The notes under the pieces: model-generated
What the model was told of the DNA's origin: nothing
Database searches by the model: none
The model's input: only the letters and a program-made list of their open reading frames with translations
Translations under genes and position numbers: made by a program
Shown here: one piece after another, positions 51,645-62,708 of the stretch
Layout of the letters: every line of letters begins with the position of its first letter
Position numbering within the stretch: position 1 is the stretch's first letter
Source: Candidatus Latescibacterota bacterium
GTDB lineage: Bacteria > Latescibacterota > UBA2968 > GCA-2709665
NCBI GenBank assembly: GCA_963667175.2
Contig: CAXXXF010000002.1
Location: forward strand, 288,001 to 352,000
Reading direction: 5' to 3'
Length of the DNA stretch: 64,000 nt

Positions 51645-54600
51645 ATGAACAGTCGATCCTCCCTTCTGTCATCCATTTCCGTCAATCGACCGGTTACGAT
51701 TACGGTATGTCTGATCGCCCTGCTCGTGATGGGCGCCGTCGCCTATTCGCGGATCGCGGTGAAGATGATGCCGGCCGGGTTTGATCCGCCCTTCCTGTGG
51801 TTGAGCGTGCGGTATCCCGGCTCGAACGCCACGCCTCAAGAGGTCGAACAGCAGATTACACGCCCCCTCGAGGAGCGTCTGCGGACCATCAAGGGTATCG
51901 AACGGGTCCGGACGTACACGGACAGCCGGGGCGTGGGCGCGCCCCTCCGGTTTCAGCAGGATGCCGACATGACCCTGGCGTACAACCAGCTGAGGGATCA
52001 GCTGGACCGGCTCAAACCGGAACTCCCGGAGGAGGTCCGGGACCGTATTTTCGTGTGGAAGCACAACGACGAAGACCGGAGCATCATGTGGATTGGCGCG
52101 GCCCTGGACTCTACGATCTCCGACGTGTACGGATTCCTGCAAACCCACGTGCAACGGCCGCTGGAACGCATCGAAGGAGTGGCCAGGGTGGAACTCTGGG
52201 GCGTCGACCCCAAAGAAGTGATGATCGAAATCAACCGCGAGCAACTGTTGGCCCGCGGCGTGAATATCTACGAGATGGTCCAGAGCCTCCGCAACGACAA
52301 TTTCGCGCTTGAGAGCGGTTACGTGAACGAGGGAACGAAGAAATTCTACGTCCGGTCTCTTGCGCGGTACCGCAGCCTGGAGGAGATCAGCAATATTCCC
52401 ATCGATTCGGGAGAGGGCGACGTCAGGCTGGGGGAGGTGGCTGGCGTTGTTTACGACGTACCTGCCCGAAGCTGGTATCAGAGAATCGACGGCCAACCGG
52501 CTTCTTCCGTGGGCATCAAGGCCGAATCGGGGGCCGACATCGCCACGGTGTGCGACCGTGTTTCGGCGGCGCTCGCGGAGATCGGGGACGGGTCCGCCGC
52601 GGCGGGAAAGGTCCAATTCAACGTGTTTTTCAACCAGGGCGAATTCATCCAGGCGTCCGTCGCCAATTTGAGGAATACGGGTCTCTGGGGCGGGTTGTTC
52701 GCCGCGCTGGTTCTTCTGTTTTTCCTGCGCGTCCTTCGTATGACGGCCATCATCACGCTGTCGATACCGCTGTGCGCGATGATTACCGTAACGGTGCTTT
52801 ATTTCTCGGGGTGGTCTCTGAATCTCATGACGATGATGGGGTTGATGGTGGGTGTCGGGATGGTTGTGGACAATGCCGTCGTCATCCTGGAGAACATCTA
52901 CCGGCGGCGTGAGAAGGGAGAGTCCCCCAGGCCTGCGGCCGTTGGGGGCGCGGGCGAAGTCGCCATGGCGATTAGCATGGCAACGCTGACCACGGTCGTG
53001 GTCTTTCTGCCGTTGATGTTGATGACCGGCAACGTGGGGATGACGTTCTACCTCTCACGAATGGGCGTGCCCGTCATCGTGATGCTGGTCGGGTCGCTGT
53101 TCGTCGCGCTCCTGATCATCCCGCTGGCTTCTGTGCGATTTGGGGGCGGCCGCGTCAAGCCGGATGCGAAGTCCATCGGGTGGGCCCGGGCGCGCTATGG
53201 CCGGGTGTTGAATTGGGCGTTGAGCCACCGCCGGGACGCCATTTTGATCCTTTTGGCGGTATTTGCCACCATCTTGATTCCGTCGGAAAAGATAAAACGC
53301 TCGGACGCCTCCCGGGGGAACATCAACGACGTCGATATTTATATTCGAACGCCCCGCGACTTTACGACGTACGAGACTTTCGAACTGATGAACGAGGTGG
53401 AGGAGTTTCTGAATTCAAAGCGGGAGATCTACGGCATCCGGACCATCCGGTCCTGGTTCCGCAAGACACGCGGAAATTTCGAGATTTTTCTGGATTCGAA
53501 TCCCAACGAGGCGTGGTGGTACGTCGCGTACAGGAACCTGCGGGCGGGACTGGGGGTTCCGGTCGACAAGGCGATCGCGCGTACGGACGTCATCAAGGAT
53601 CTGAAGAAGAATATGCCCAGGTACGTGGGCGTTCGGATCGGCGTTGAGAGCCGTGGACGGGGAAGCGGAGATCCTTCGGTTTCCGTCTATCTCTACGGCG
53701 ACGACACCGAGGTGCTGGCGCGTCTCGTAACCGAAGTTGAACGCCGTCTTCAGTCAATACCCTCGGTGGCGAGCGTGAGTTCTGACCTGGAACGGTCCAC
53801 CGACGAGGCGCAGGTCCATATCGATCGAGAGCGGGCAAAGCGCTACGGGATTTCTCCGCAGGTCGTGGCGAGGACGCTGGCCTTTACCCTGCAGGGCGTG
53901 AGCCTGCCCCGGTTTCAGTCCGGAGAGCGCGAGGTGGATACGCGCCTGTACCTGGAAGAGGCGGACCGGCAAACGCTGCACCATCTCAAAAGTTTCATGT
54001 TCCGGTCGGCATCAGGAGGAGAAGTTCCCCTGACCGAGCTGGCTGCAATAAAAGTGATGCCGGGTCGCGGGAGAATCCGCCGGGAAGACGGCAAGACGAG
54101 ATTACGGGTCAGCGCGTTTGTCACGAAGGACGATCTGAAGAGCCTCTACGCCGAAATCGACCGGGCGATGTCCGGCTTCGAGATGCCCAGGGGATATTCG
54201 TGGAACAAGGGAGAACGCTTCGCCAGGTTTCGCGAGTCCGACAACGAGACGATATTTGCGCTGGTGATGGCCGTCACCTGTGTCTTTCTGCTGATGGGGG
54301 TGCTGTTCGAGTCCGTAATGCTTCCGTTCTCGGTGTTGTTTTCCATTCCGTTTTCGTTCGTGGGGGTGTACTGGACGCTCTATCTGACCGGCACGCCGAT
54401 GGACATGATGGCCAACATCGGCATGATCGTTCTCGTCGGCGTCGTTGTCAACAACGCCATTGTCCTGGTGGACATGATCAACCGCATGCGCCTGGAGGGC
54501 ATGAACCGTACCGATGCGATTCTGGAGGCCGGACACAACCGGTTTCGCCCCATCCTGATGACCACGTTTACCACGGTGTGCGGCCTGTTGCCAATGGCGT

Positions 54601-54803
54601 TGGGCAACAGCAACCTCATCGGGATTCCCTACGCGCCGCTTGGCCGGACCCTGATGGGAGGGTTGCTGGCTTCCACGTTTCTGACCCTGCTGCTTGTGCC
54701 CATCTGCTACACGTTGCTGGACGACCTGCGCACGGTTTTGCAAAGGGTCGTCAGCGCCGCGTTCTTCCGCCAGGCCGCCTACGATCAGTCGGCCGACGAC
54801 TGA
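51645..54803 (+). CDS. RND-family (AcrB-like) efflux transporter permease
   Basis: GMVVDNAVVILENIYR, TLTTVVVFLP, GVVVNNAIVLVD, RFRPILMTT. Confidence 0.93.
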   Translation: MNSRSSLLSSISVNRPVTITVCLIALLVMGAVAYSRIAVKMMPAGFDPPFLWLSVRYPGSNATPQEVEQQITRPLEERLRTIKGIERVRTYTDSRGVGAPLRFQQDADMTLAYNQLRDQLDRLKPELPEEVRDRIFVWKHNDEDRSIMWIGAALDSTISDVYGFLQTHVQRPLERIEGVARVELWGVDPKEVMIEINREQLLARGVNIYEMVQSLRNDNFALESGYVNEGTKKFYVRSLARYRSLEEISNIPIDSGEGDVRLGEVAGVVYDVPARSWYQRIDGQPASSVGIKAESGADIATVCDRVSAALAEIGDGSAAAGKVQFNVFFNQGEFIQASVANLRNTGLWGGLFAALVLLFFLRVLRMTAIITLSIPLCAMITVTVLYFSGWSLNLMTMMGLMVGVGMVVDNAVVILENIYRRREKGESPRPAAVGGAGEVAMAISMATLTTVVVFLPLMLMTGNVGMTFYLSRMGVPVIVMLVGSLFVALLIIPLASVRFGGGRVKPDAKSIGWARARYGRVLNWALSHRRDAILILLAVFATILIPSEKIKRSDASRGNINDVDIYIRTPRDFTTYETFELMNEVEEFLNSKREIYGIRTIRSWFRKTRGNFEIFLDSNPNEAWWYVAYRNLRAGLGVPVDKAIARTDVIKDLKKNMPRYVGVRIGVESRGRGSGDPSVSVYLYGDDTEVLARLVTEVERRLQSIPSVASVSSDLERSTDEAQVHIDRERAKRYGISPQVVARTLAFTLQGVSLPRFQSGEREVDTRLYLEEADRQTLHHLKSFMFRSASGGEVPLTELAAIKVMPGRGRIRREDGKTRLRVSAFVTKDDLKSLYAEIDRAMSGFEMPRGYSWNKGERFARFRESDNETIFALVMAVTCVFLLMGVLFESVMLPFSVLFSIPFSFVGVYWTLYLTGTPMDMMANIGMIVLVGVVVNNAIVLVDMINRMRLEGMNRTDAILEAGHNRFRPILMTTFTTVCGLLPMALGNSNLIGIPYAPLGRTLMGGLLASTFLTLLLVPICYTLLDDLRTVLQRVVSAAFFRQAAYDQSADD

Positions 54804-54879
54804 GCCGCTCCACACGGTTCCGGCATCGGGCGTCGTACGTCGCGGCCGTCCGATTTTCTGTGTTCGGTGAGGCACATCC

Positions 54880-55647
54880 GTGAATTTCAGGCCGTGTATC
54901 GATCTGCGCGGGGGCCGCGTGGTGCAAATCGTGGGCGGGTCCGCGCGAGGCGGCAAGACGCCCGCGACGAACTTCGAGACGGATCGGGCGGCGGCCGACT
55001 ACGCGGAGCTGTACAGGGCGGACAACCTGCCGGGAGGTCACGTCATCATGCTGGGCCCCGGCAACGAGTCGGCCGCCCTGTCGGCCCTGTCCGCCTGGCC
55101 CGGCGGGCTTCGGATAGGCGGCGGCATCCGGCCGGAGAACGCGCAGCGATATCTGGATGCCGGCGCCAGCCACGTGATCGTCACTTCATACGTGTTTCGA
55201 GACGGGCGCGTGGATACCGACCGACTGGACATGATGGTGGGCGCCGTCGGCCGTGACAGACTGGTGCTGGATCTGAGCTGCCGAAGACGGGGCGACGCGT
55301 ATCTGGTGGTGACCGACCTGTGGCAGAAGTTCACCAGCGTTCAGGTGCACGGTCCAACGTTGGCGTGGCTTTCGGAATTCTGCGACGGCTTCCTTGTGCA
55401 CGGGGTGGACGTGGAGGGAAAGCGGGCTGGGATTGAAGATTCGCTTGTGGAGATGCTCGGGGCCGAATCGCCCATCGACGTGACGTACGCGGGCGGCGCC
55501 CGGCGCCTGGAAGACCTGGACCGCGTCGAGAGACTGGGGAAGGGGCGGGTGGGTCTGACCATCGGCAGCGCGCTGGATATATTCGGCGGCGACGTGGCCT
55601 ACGCGGAGGTCGTGGCCTGGCAGCGGCGACGCGGGCGTCCCGCGTGA
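54880..55647 (+). CDS. hisA: ProFAR isomerase, eukaryotic (His6)-type
   Basis: FRPCIDL-GGRVVQIVGG, GGHVIMLG, ASHVIVTSYVF, LVLDLSCR, VHGVDVEG, LTIGSALDIFGG. Confidence 0.9.
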   Translation: MNFRPCIDLRGGRVVQIVGGSARGGKTPATNFETDRAAADYAELYRADNLPGGHVIMLGPGNESAALSALSAWPGGLRIGGGIRPENAQRYLDAGASHVIVTSYVFRDGRVDTDRLDMMVGAVGRDRLVLDLSCRRRGDAYLVVTDLWQKFTSVQVHGPTLAWLSEFCDGFLVHGVDVEGKRAGIEDSLVEMLGAESPIDVTYAGGARRLEDLDRVERLGKGRVGLTIGSALDIFGGDVAYAEVVAWQRRRGRPA

Positions 55648-55720
55648 GCCGATCCGCCCCGCGTCCGGACTTTTTGGCCTTTTCTTGACGGAGCCCGCCG
55701 CCGATTCCGCTGGAGACCCC

Positions 55721-56752
55721 GTGACGACGTTTCGGGAGATGGGAGAATTCGGATTTATCGAGCGGATTGCCGCGGCCGGATCGTCGCGGGCCGAAGGCGT
55801 ACGGCGTGGTATCGGCGACGATTGCGCCGTGTTGTCGTGCGGACGCGACAGGATGCGCCTCATCACGACCGACCTGATGGTGGAAGGCGTGCATTTCGAG
55901 GTCGGAGCGTCCGATGCGGCTTGGCTGGGTCACAAGCTGCTTGCCGTCAATCTGTCCGACGTCGCGGCGATGGGCGGGGAGCCTGGGGAGGCGCTGGTTT
56001 CCCTGGCGGTTCCCCCTGATTTCGACGTTGCCTACATGGAACGCGTATACGGCGGACTCCGCGCATTGGCGTCGCGTTTTGGCGTGAACGTCGTGGGGGG
56101 AGACACCACGCGGAGTACCGGGCCGCTGGTGATGAATCTGACGCTGACCGGCGAGATGGATCAGGACCGGGTGTGCTACCGCTCCGGTGCCCGCCCCGGC
56201 GATCTGATTTACGTCTCCGGCACCCTTGGGGACTCCGCGGCGGGGTTGAAGCTGGCGATGGGCGGCGAGATCGGGCTTTCCACGGACGACCGGGAGTTTC
56301 TGCTGGGCAGGCACCACCGGCCGGAGCCCAGGGTGGCGTTGGGTCAGGCGCTGGCGGCATCGGGCGCCGTGACTGCGATGTTGGATCTTTCAGACGGGGT
56401 GGCTTCGGATTTGCGGCATATCTGCAGACAGAGCGGAGTTTCCGCGGTGATCCGCGAAGCGGAGATTCCCGTTTCGCCGGCGTTCCGCCGATTCTGCGAA
56501 CTCTCGACTTCGGGAGCACGGAGTCTGTCGATTACGGGTGGGGAGGACTATGAACTGCTGTTTACGGCTGCGCCCGGAGGCAGACGTGAGATCGATGCGC
56601 TCGCCGCCGGGTCACGGATCCACCGCATCGGGCGGATCCAGGCAGGGGACGGACGCATCCACGTCGAAGACGCACGGGGCGCCAAAACGGAACTGAAGAC
56701 GCGCGGTTTCGACCATTTTTCAGGTCCCGCGTCCGTGGAATCATCTCTGTAG
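55721..56752 (+). CDS. thiL: Thiamine-monophosphate kinase
   Basis: GEFGFI, GIGDDCA, EGVHF, AVNLSDVAAMGG, DLSDG, GGEDYELLFT, GFDHF. Confidence 0.95.
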   Translation: MTTFREMGEFGFIERIAAAGSSRAEGVRRGIGDDCAVLSCGRDRMRLITTDLMVEGVHFEVGASDAAWLGHKLLAVNLSDVAAMGGEPGEALVSLAVPPDFDVAYMERVYGGLRALASRFGVNVVGGDTTRSTGPLVMNLTLTGEMDQDRVCYRSGARPGDLIYVSGTLGDSAAGLKLAMGGEIGLSTDDREFLLGRHHRPEPRVALGQALAASGAVTAMLDLSDGVASDLRHICRQSGVSAVIREAEIPVSPAFRRFCELSTSGARSLSITGGEDYELLFTAAPGGRREIDALAAGSRIHRIGRIQAGDGRIHVEDARGAKTELKTRGFDHFSGPASVESSL

Positions 56753-56803
56753 AGCACACTCGGAAGCGTTTCGCGCAACTGAGTCGACCCGGACAGGTCA
56801 ACC

Positions 56804-59248
56804 ATGACCCGAATTCTCGAATCGAATCCTGCCGTCCGCCTGACCGTGCCCGTCAGCGGCATGAGTTGCGCCGCCTGCGCCGCCCGGGTTCAGAAAGAGC
56901 TGCAGGAAATCAGCGGCGTAAACGAGGCGGTCGTTAATTTCGCGACGGCCGAGGCGACGTTGCTGCTCAGTCCCGATCAGGCCGACGAAGCGCAGCTTGT
57001 CCGGAGAATCGAGCGTCTCGGCTACGGTCTGCGCGCCGCCGAATCGACGCTCGTCATTCGCGACATGAACTGCGCCGCCTGCGTTTCCCGCGTCGAGAGT
57101 GCATTAAACGGGATTCCCGGCGTCATTGACGCCACGGTCAACCTTGCAACCGGTCACGCAACCGTCCGCCATCTCCACGTCGATGCGTCCTTACTCACCG
57201 GGGCGGCGGTCGATGCCGGATACGGCGCGACGGCCCTGGAGGAGAGTGCAACCGTAGAAGACGGAGACCGGGCGACGGAACTCGAGGATCGCCGTGCGGC
57301 GCGTGTGCGTTTCATCGTTGCGGCTGTGCTGTCAACCCTCATCATGGGTGTGGGGATGACGCACAAGATCCATGGTACGCCGTTCTCCTCGCGAGAGGTG
57401 CATCTGCTGCTGTTCGTCCTGGCAACCCCCGTGCAATTCTGGTGCGGCTGGCGGTTTCTCAAAGGGTTCTGGAGCGCCCTGCGCCACGGGACTGCAGACA
57501 TGAACAGCCTCATTGCCGTCGGAACGCTTGCGGCGTACGGATACAGCGTCGCCGGCGTGCTGGCGCCCACGTCCGTCGCCGGAGAAGGCCAGCCCGTCAA
57601 CGTCTACTTCGACACCTCAGCGATGATCGTTACGCTCATCCTTCTGGGACGGGTCCTGGAAATCCGTTCCCGCGAGCGCGCCACCGAAGCGATCCGCGGA
57701 TTGATGGACCTCCGCCCGCAGACCGCCTGCGTGATTCGCGATGGCGAAGAGTCGCTCGTTCCCGTGGACGACGTCGCCGCCGGAGACCTGATTCGCATCA
57801 GGCCGGGCGACAGAATCCCGGTGGACGGGGTTGTTCGGGACGGCTCATCCAGCATCGACGAATCCGTGATTTCAGGGGAAAGCTTGCCCGTTGAGAAAGG
57901 CGCCGGCAGCCGTGTTCTGGGGGCAACCCTCAACGGGACGGGAAGCTTTACTTTCGAGGCGTCTCAGGTCGGCGCCGAGACGGTGCACGCGCGAATCGTC
58001 CGGATGGTGCGCCAGGCTCAGGGCTCGCGCGCGCCCGTTCAGCGCGTCGCAGACCGCGTCGCCGGCGTTTTTGTGCCTGTGGTTTTCGGGATTGCGGTGA
58101 TGACGTTCGCCCTGTGGTGGATCGCGGGTTCAGGATCCGGCGACCCCGTCGCGCTGCTCAACGCCGTTGCGGTTCTCATCATCGCCTGTCCTTGCGCGCT
58201 CGGCCTGGCCACACCCACCGCCATTCTGGTGGGCACCGGCCGTGCCGCGGAACTCGGTGTTCTCATCAAGGGCGGCGACGTCCTCGAATCCGCGCACCGG
58301 CTCGACACGATTGTCCTGGACAAGACAGGTACTCTGACGACCGGCCGGCCCGCCGTGACCGATCTCGTCACCGCTGGATCCTGCACGGAAACGGAACTCC
58401 TTCAGTTGGCCTCTGCAGCCGAGCGGGGTTCCGAACACCCCCTCGGTGTGGCGATCCGAAACGCGGCGCGGGAACGGGGACTGTCAGCGGAAGATGCCCT
58501 GGAATTCGAAGCCCTGCCAGGGCTGGGCGTCCGCGCAAAAAAAGCCGGTCGCGCCATTCTTCTGGGCAACCGGCGGTTGATGCAGCGTCATGCTTCAGTG
58601 CCTGACGACCTGGACGCACGGGCCGCGCGTCTCGAAGCCGGCGGCAAGACGGTCCTGTTTGTTGTCGTCGACAATCAGGTGGAAGGGCTTATTGGTGTCG
58701 CGGACGTCCTGAAGCCCGACGCGGTCGGCGTCGTCTCCGATCTGAAGTCACGGGAACTGGACGTCATCCTCCTGTCGGGAGATCATCCCGGAACCGCCCG
58801 CGCCATTGCGGCGCAGGCAGGTATCGCACAGGTCATCGCCGGGGTGATGCCCGACGAGAAAGCCGCCCATATCGCAACCCTGCAAGCCGGGCGCCAACGA
58901 GTGGCCATGGTCGGGGATGGCGTCAACGACGCGCCCGCCCTCGCGACCGCGGACGTCGGCATCGCCGTGGGCACCGGCACGGGCGTCGCCATGGAAACCG
59001 CGGACGTCACCCTGATGTCCGGCAGCCTGTCAGGAATAGAAACCGCCATCCGCCTGTCGGGCCGGACCATGCGCACGATCCGCCAGAACCTGTTCTGGGC
59101 GTTCGTCTACAACGTTCTGCTGATTCCGGTCGCCGCGCTCGGCCTGCTCAATCCGCTCGGGGGTCCCATGGTCGCGGCCGGCGCCATGGCCCTGAGTTCG
59201 GTCTCGGTCATCTCGAATTCACTCCGGATCAGGAGATTCATGCGATAG
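56804..59248 (+). CDS. copA: Cu(I)-translocating P1B-type ATPase
   Basis: Two CAAC HMA domains, CPC, DKTGT, SEHP, GDGVND, YN and MALSS motifs. Confidence 0.93.
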   Translation: MTRILESNPAVRLTVPVSGMSCAACAARVQKELQEISGVNEAVVNFATAEATLLLSPDQADEAQLVRRIERLGYGLRAAESTLVIRDMNCAACVSRVESALNGIPGVIDATVNLATGHATVRHLHVDASLLTGAAVDAGYGATALEESATVEDGDRATELEDRRAARVRFIVAAVLSTLIMGVGMTHKIHGTPFSSREVHLLLFVLATPVQFWCGWRFLKGFWSALRHGTADMNSLIAVGTLAAYGYSVAGVLAPTSVAGEGQPVNVYFDTSAMIVTLILLGRVLEIRSRERATEAIRGLMDLRPQTACVIRDGEESLVPVDDVAAGDLIRIRPGDRIPVDGVVRDGSSSIDESVISGESLPVEKGAGSRVLGATLNGTGSFTFEASQVGAETVHARIVRMVRQAQGSRAPVQRVADRVAGVFVPVVFGIAVMTFALWWIAGSGSGDPVALLNAVAVLIIACPCALGLATPTAILVGTGRAAELGVLIKGGDVLESAHRLDTIVLDKTGTLTTGRPAVTDLVTAGSCTETELLQLASAAERGSEHPLGVAIRNAARERGLSAEDALEFEALPGLGVRAKKAGRAILLGNRRLMQRHASVPDDLDARAARLEAGGKTVLFVVVDNQVEGLIGVADVLKPDAVGVVSDLKSRELDVILLSGDHPGTARAIAAQAGIAQVIAGVMPDEKAAHIATLQAGRQRVAMVGDGVNDAPALATADVGIAVGTGTGVAMETADVTLMSGSLSGIETAIRLSGRTMRTIRQNLFWAFVYNVLLIPVAALGLLNPLGGPMVAAGAMALSSVSVISNSLRIRRFMR

Positions 59249-59343
59249 TTCGGAGGCTGCCGTTCTTCAGCCTCGGCAGTCGTCGTACAGGCACGTACGC
59301 CAATAGCCAGCCACTGCGACGCGCATGCGCGACGTCCGGGGAA

Positions 59344-60468
59344 TCATCGACGTTTCCTGGCATACGCCAGGATGCCGTTTACCAACCGATCCGCGTCACG
59401 CTCCCGATGCTTATGGTACCGGATCTGATAAGCGTCGCTCTTATAGTGGACGTTGTAGACCTCGACCAGAATCTCCGCGTGGGCCAGATTGTTCCGCAAC
59501 ACCGCAAGGTTCCGCCCCTGAATCCGCGCCGGAAGGTCCCGCCGGTGCAGGGCCGAACGCATGACGCGGGCGAATGACCTGGACCGGCTGTCAACCCTGC
59601 CACGCCGTTTATGATAGATCGCCAGGGGGCCCCTGGATCGTCCGGGAGTGTTGTCCGCGTGCACCGAGACAAACAGGCTCCTGCCCCCGCGCGCCCGCCT
59701 GACGAAGCGGTTCGCCACCCGGACGCGCTGTGAGATATTGGCGCTCCTGGGGCGTACCTTCTCCGAATTCCTCCGGTTGTACCGTTCATTGTTATAGACT
59801 TCGTTCCTTTCGTGGACAAATGTAATTTTGGCTTCCTGGTTTTCCCGAATCAGATGATTGGGGCTGATCACCGTGAGTGTCACCTCCGCGCCCAGGAGCC
59901 GGAGTTTCTTGTACATCCGCAGCGCAATGTCGTACACGTATTCGTCTTCGACCACGTAAACCCGTCGTTCCTTGCCCGTCAAATTGGAAACGATCGCGCC
60001 CGGATCGATGCCGCCGTGCCCCGGGTCGAGCACGATCCACCAGCCCTTCAGCGGTTTCTTCCTTCGCTTGGGCGCCTTGGCGAGAATCTCGTTGTCGAAG
60101 GCGCGCAGAAGGGTCTGGGCCCGGCGAAAATCGACACTGGGTGCGGAGCGCGCTCTCTCGTAGTAGCTGCGATGCCTTTGCCTCGATGCCCTTGGCTTTC
60201 GCCAGTAGTACGGGCCGTTCGGCGCGTCGTATTTGACGATCCGCGCGCCCAGGCGCAGCACCTGGCCCGGATAGACATTATTGGTGCGCAGCTTGTTGAT
60301 TCTCTTGATCTCCCCGATGCTTGTCCCGTTCTTCTTTGCAATGGACCAGAGAGAGTCCCCTTTCCGGACCATGTAGACCAGCGATAGCCCGGCAAGTGGG
60401 CTTGCGAACAAGAAGACAACACAGAGTGCGGCACTGAGCAGGCGCAAATGGCGACAGTTTTTCATCAT
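59344..60468 (-). CDS. LysM + N-acetylmuramoyl-L-alanine amidase (Amidase_3)
   Basis: YMVRKGDSLWSIAKK LysM; LDPGHGG, FVSVHAD, ILVE. Confidence 0.88.
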   Translation of the reverse strand: MMKNCRHLRLLSAALCVVFLFASPLAGLSLVYMVRKGDSLWSIAKKNGTSIGEIKRINKLRTNNVYPGQVLRLGARIVKYDAPNGPYYWRKPRASRQRHRSYYERARSAPSVDFRRAQTLLRAFDNEILAKAPKRRKKPLKGWWIVLDPGHGGIDPGAIVSNLTGKERRVYVVEDEYVYDIALRMYKKLRLLGAEVTLTVISPNHLIRENQEAKITFVHERNEVYNNERYNRRNSEKVRPRSANISQRVRVANRFVRRARGGRSLFVSVHADNTPGRSRGPLAIYHKRRGRVDSRSRSFARVMRSALHRRDLPARIQGRNLAVLRNNLAHAEILVEVYNVHYKSDAYQIRYHKHRERDADRLVNGILAYARKRR

Positions 60469-60732
60469 TATGGTCTAACTCGGAAACTCGAATGAAACGG
60501 CGACCGCACCGGTCGGTTTCTGCCGGCAGAATACCTCAGATATTACGCCATTTGTCCCCAAAAGACAAGTCGGCTCCGTTCATGATCAGGCATTTAACGG
60601 CCGTTCGATCCGGTCGTTTTCGCCTTGCGTACGGCGATTTTCACCAACATCTATAGGTGACGTGATTTTGAGGATTTGTCTAAATCCTGTAAATACCGAT
60701 ATTTAACAGCGGCGTCATCTTCTCCGTCAAAC

Positions 60733-60748
60733 GGGTACGATACTTGCA
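60733..60748 (+). promoter_or_regulatory. Putative sigma54 (-24/-12) promoter of pspA
   Basis: GGGTACGATACTTGCA = GG-N10-GC with TTGCA; AT-rich IHF-like tract upstream. Confidence 0.6.
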
Positions 60749-60840
60749 AGGAATGTCGGCAGGACCCTGAATAATTACAGGAAATCGGATTTTTCCACCC
60801 TTGTGGGGTCAAGAAGCCCACAATAGAAAGGAGAAAGACA

Positions 60841-61518
60841 GTGGCCAAAGGAATCTTCTCCCGCATGGCGGACATCGTCAAGGCCAACATCAACGATCTT
60901 CTGAATCGCGCCGAAGATCCGGAAAAGATGATTCGGCAGATGATCCTCGAAATGGAAGAGGCCGTCAACAAGGCGACCGCGTCCGTCGGCACGGCCGTTG
61001 CCAACGAAAAACGCCTCGAGCGTCAATTGCTGGAGAAGACGGACCAGATCGAGTCCTGGCAGAAAAAGGCCGAATTGGCCGTCGAATCCGGCGAAGACGA
61101 CCTGGCCCGGCGCGCCCTGGAACGAAAGGCGGCCTTTGAAAAAGCCGCCCGGGATCTGGAAGCCGCTTTCGACGAGAGCCACAAGACCTCCGATCAGCTC
61201 AAGAAGCAATTGACGCAGCTCAAGTCCAAACTGGATGAGGCGCGCGCCCGCCAGGGCGCGCTCATCGCCCGGCGCCGCGCAGCCCAGGCGAGAAAGCAGA
61301 TCGCCCAGGGTCTCTCCGGCATCGGCGATGACGCGTTTTCGAGCTTCGAGCGCTTCCGGAATCGGGTCGAGACCGAAGAAGCAGAGGCCCATGCGCACGC
61401 CGAAATCGCGGAGGGCGATCCTTCGCTCGAAGACTCGCTGGAAAAGCTGGAACGAAGGAACACCGTGGAAGAGGAACTCGAGGCCCTGAAAAACAAGCTG
61501 CGGAAAACCGATGCGTGA
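60841..61518 (+). CDS. pspA: PspA/IM30 family protein
   Basis: GIFSRMADIVKANINDLLNRAEDPEKMIRQMILEME, EDDLARRAL, VEEELEALK. Confidence 0.95.
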   Translation: MAKGIFSRMADIVKANINDLLNRAEDPEKMIRQMILEMEEAVNKATASVGTAVANEKRLERQLLEKTDQIESWQKKAELAVESGEDDLARRALERKAAFEKAARDLEAAFDESHKTSDQLKKQLTQLKSKLDEARARQGALIARRRAAQARKQIAQGLSGIGDDAFSSFERFRNRVETEEAEAHAHAEIAEGDPSLEDSLEKLERRNTVEEELEALKNKLRKTDA

Positions 61519-62140
61519 ATGGCGAAGAATCCTGGACGAAATCGCTTATGAAATTGAAAAGGCGATTCGCGACGTCACAGCGGCCTGGCGCAATATGGGG
61601 GAAGACCGACCGATGCGGCAGAACGCACGGACGGATCGTCACCCGAGGTCGCGTCGGCCGGCTTTCCGATTCTCCGACCTGGCCACTGACGGGAGCTGCG
61701 CCATGCGAAATGCCCTCGGACACTTCCTGAATGCCGCCGCGGTGTTTTTTGTCTTCACCGCGATTTTTCCCTTCGTCATGGGCATTGTCGAACGGTCATA
61801 CCACCCGGAGGCGCTGCTGTTTATCGTGTGTCTGGCCGGCGCTGTCGTCTTCAGGCTTGCCGGGCGAAAGGCGCACGAATCGGCCGACATGAAGCGATAT
61901 GCGCAATACCAGCATCGCCTGCTCAGGCTCGCACGCGAAAAGAGGGGTAGCCTTACCGTTCTGGAAGCCGCGACCGATGGGAGAATGACCGTGGAGAAGG
62001 CTGGCGAGATCCTGCGCGCGTTGAACGAAAAGGGCAGCGCCGAAGTGCGCGTATCCGAATCCGGCCTCGTCGTGTACCACTTTCCTGAAATCGAACGCGG
62101 TGCGGAGAAGCACGGGGCAAAACCGGTGGATGAACTTTGA
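61511..62140 (+). CDS. Hypothetical 2-TM protein with C-terminal winged-helix-like domain
   Basis: Overlaps the pspA stop; two TMs then RLAREKRGSLTVLEAA...VSESGLVVYHFPE. Confidence 0.75.
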   Translation: MREWRRILDEIAYEIEKAIRDVTAAWRNMGEDRPMRQNARTDRHPRSRRPAFRFSDLATDGSCAMRNALGHFLNAAAVFFVFTAIFPFVMGIVERSYHPEALLFIVCLAGAVVFRLAGRKAHESADMKRYAQYQHRLLRLAREKRGSLTVLEAATDGRMTVEKAGEILRALNEKGSAEVRVSESGLVVYHFPEIERGAEKHGAKPVDEL

Positions 62141-62167
62141 TAGCTTTAATTTACACGGAGGGACGTC

Positions 62168-62383
62168 ATGTTTGAAGTCGGTATCGGCATTGCGCTGATC
62201 GTCCTCGCCACGGCGGTCCACAAATACGTGGAACGGCAAACGAAGGGTTCCGTCCCCGGAAAAGTCGAGGAGCGGCTGAACGCCCGGCTGGACGATCTGG
62301 ACCGGCGACTTACCGATATCCAGGAAATCATGATCGCGATCGACGAAAAGCTGGATCGAGGGAACACGAAGGAAACGTCGTAA
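62168..62383 (+). CDS. Small TM + coiled-coil protein (PspB-like architecture)
   Basis: GGAGG RBS; N-terminal TM; LDDLDRRLTDIQEI. Confidence 0.7.
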   Translation: MFEVGIGIALIVLATAVHKYVERQTKGSVPGKVEERLNARLDDLDRRLTDIQEIMIAIDEKLDRGNTKETS

Positions 62384-62500
62384 GGGACGGTGGAAGGCCG
62401 CTGGATACGTTAAATTAACTGCCACGTTGTCGCGACGCTGTGTTTACGTTTACGTCCGGTGGACTGAAGCATTTAACCAGGAACCATGAAAGGATAACCC

Positions 62501-62677
62501 ATGTTCGCGAAGATTCTCGGCATCGTTCTCATCGCCATCGGCGCATATCTTGGAATTCCCGAAGTGATCGGGCTGTTCGGCGCGTCTCTGGAAATCCTGT
62601 TCCTGCTCCTGAAATTGTCAGTCTCGGTCGTGTTGATTTACGTGGGTTACCGGCTGTTTGCAAGTGACGCCGTATAA
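62501..62677 (+). CDS. 58-aa two-TM membrane protein (not in the ORF track)
   Basis: AAAGGA RBS; MFAKILGIVLIAIGAYLGIPEVIGLFGASLEILFLLLKLSVSVVLIYVGYRLFASDAV. Confidence 0.7.
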   Translation: MFAKILGIVLIAIGAYLGIPEVIGLFGASLEILFLLLKLSVSVVLIYVGYRLFASDAV

Positions 62678-62708
62678 TTGACCAGCATTTCGAAAGGGAA
62701 TCCCATCA

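Noticed and set aside
55648-55720. TPP riboswitch upstream of thiL
   Set aside because: The gap is short and lacks the conserved CTGAGA core.
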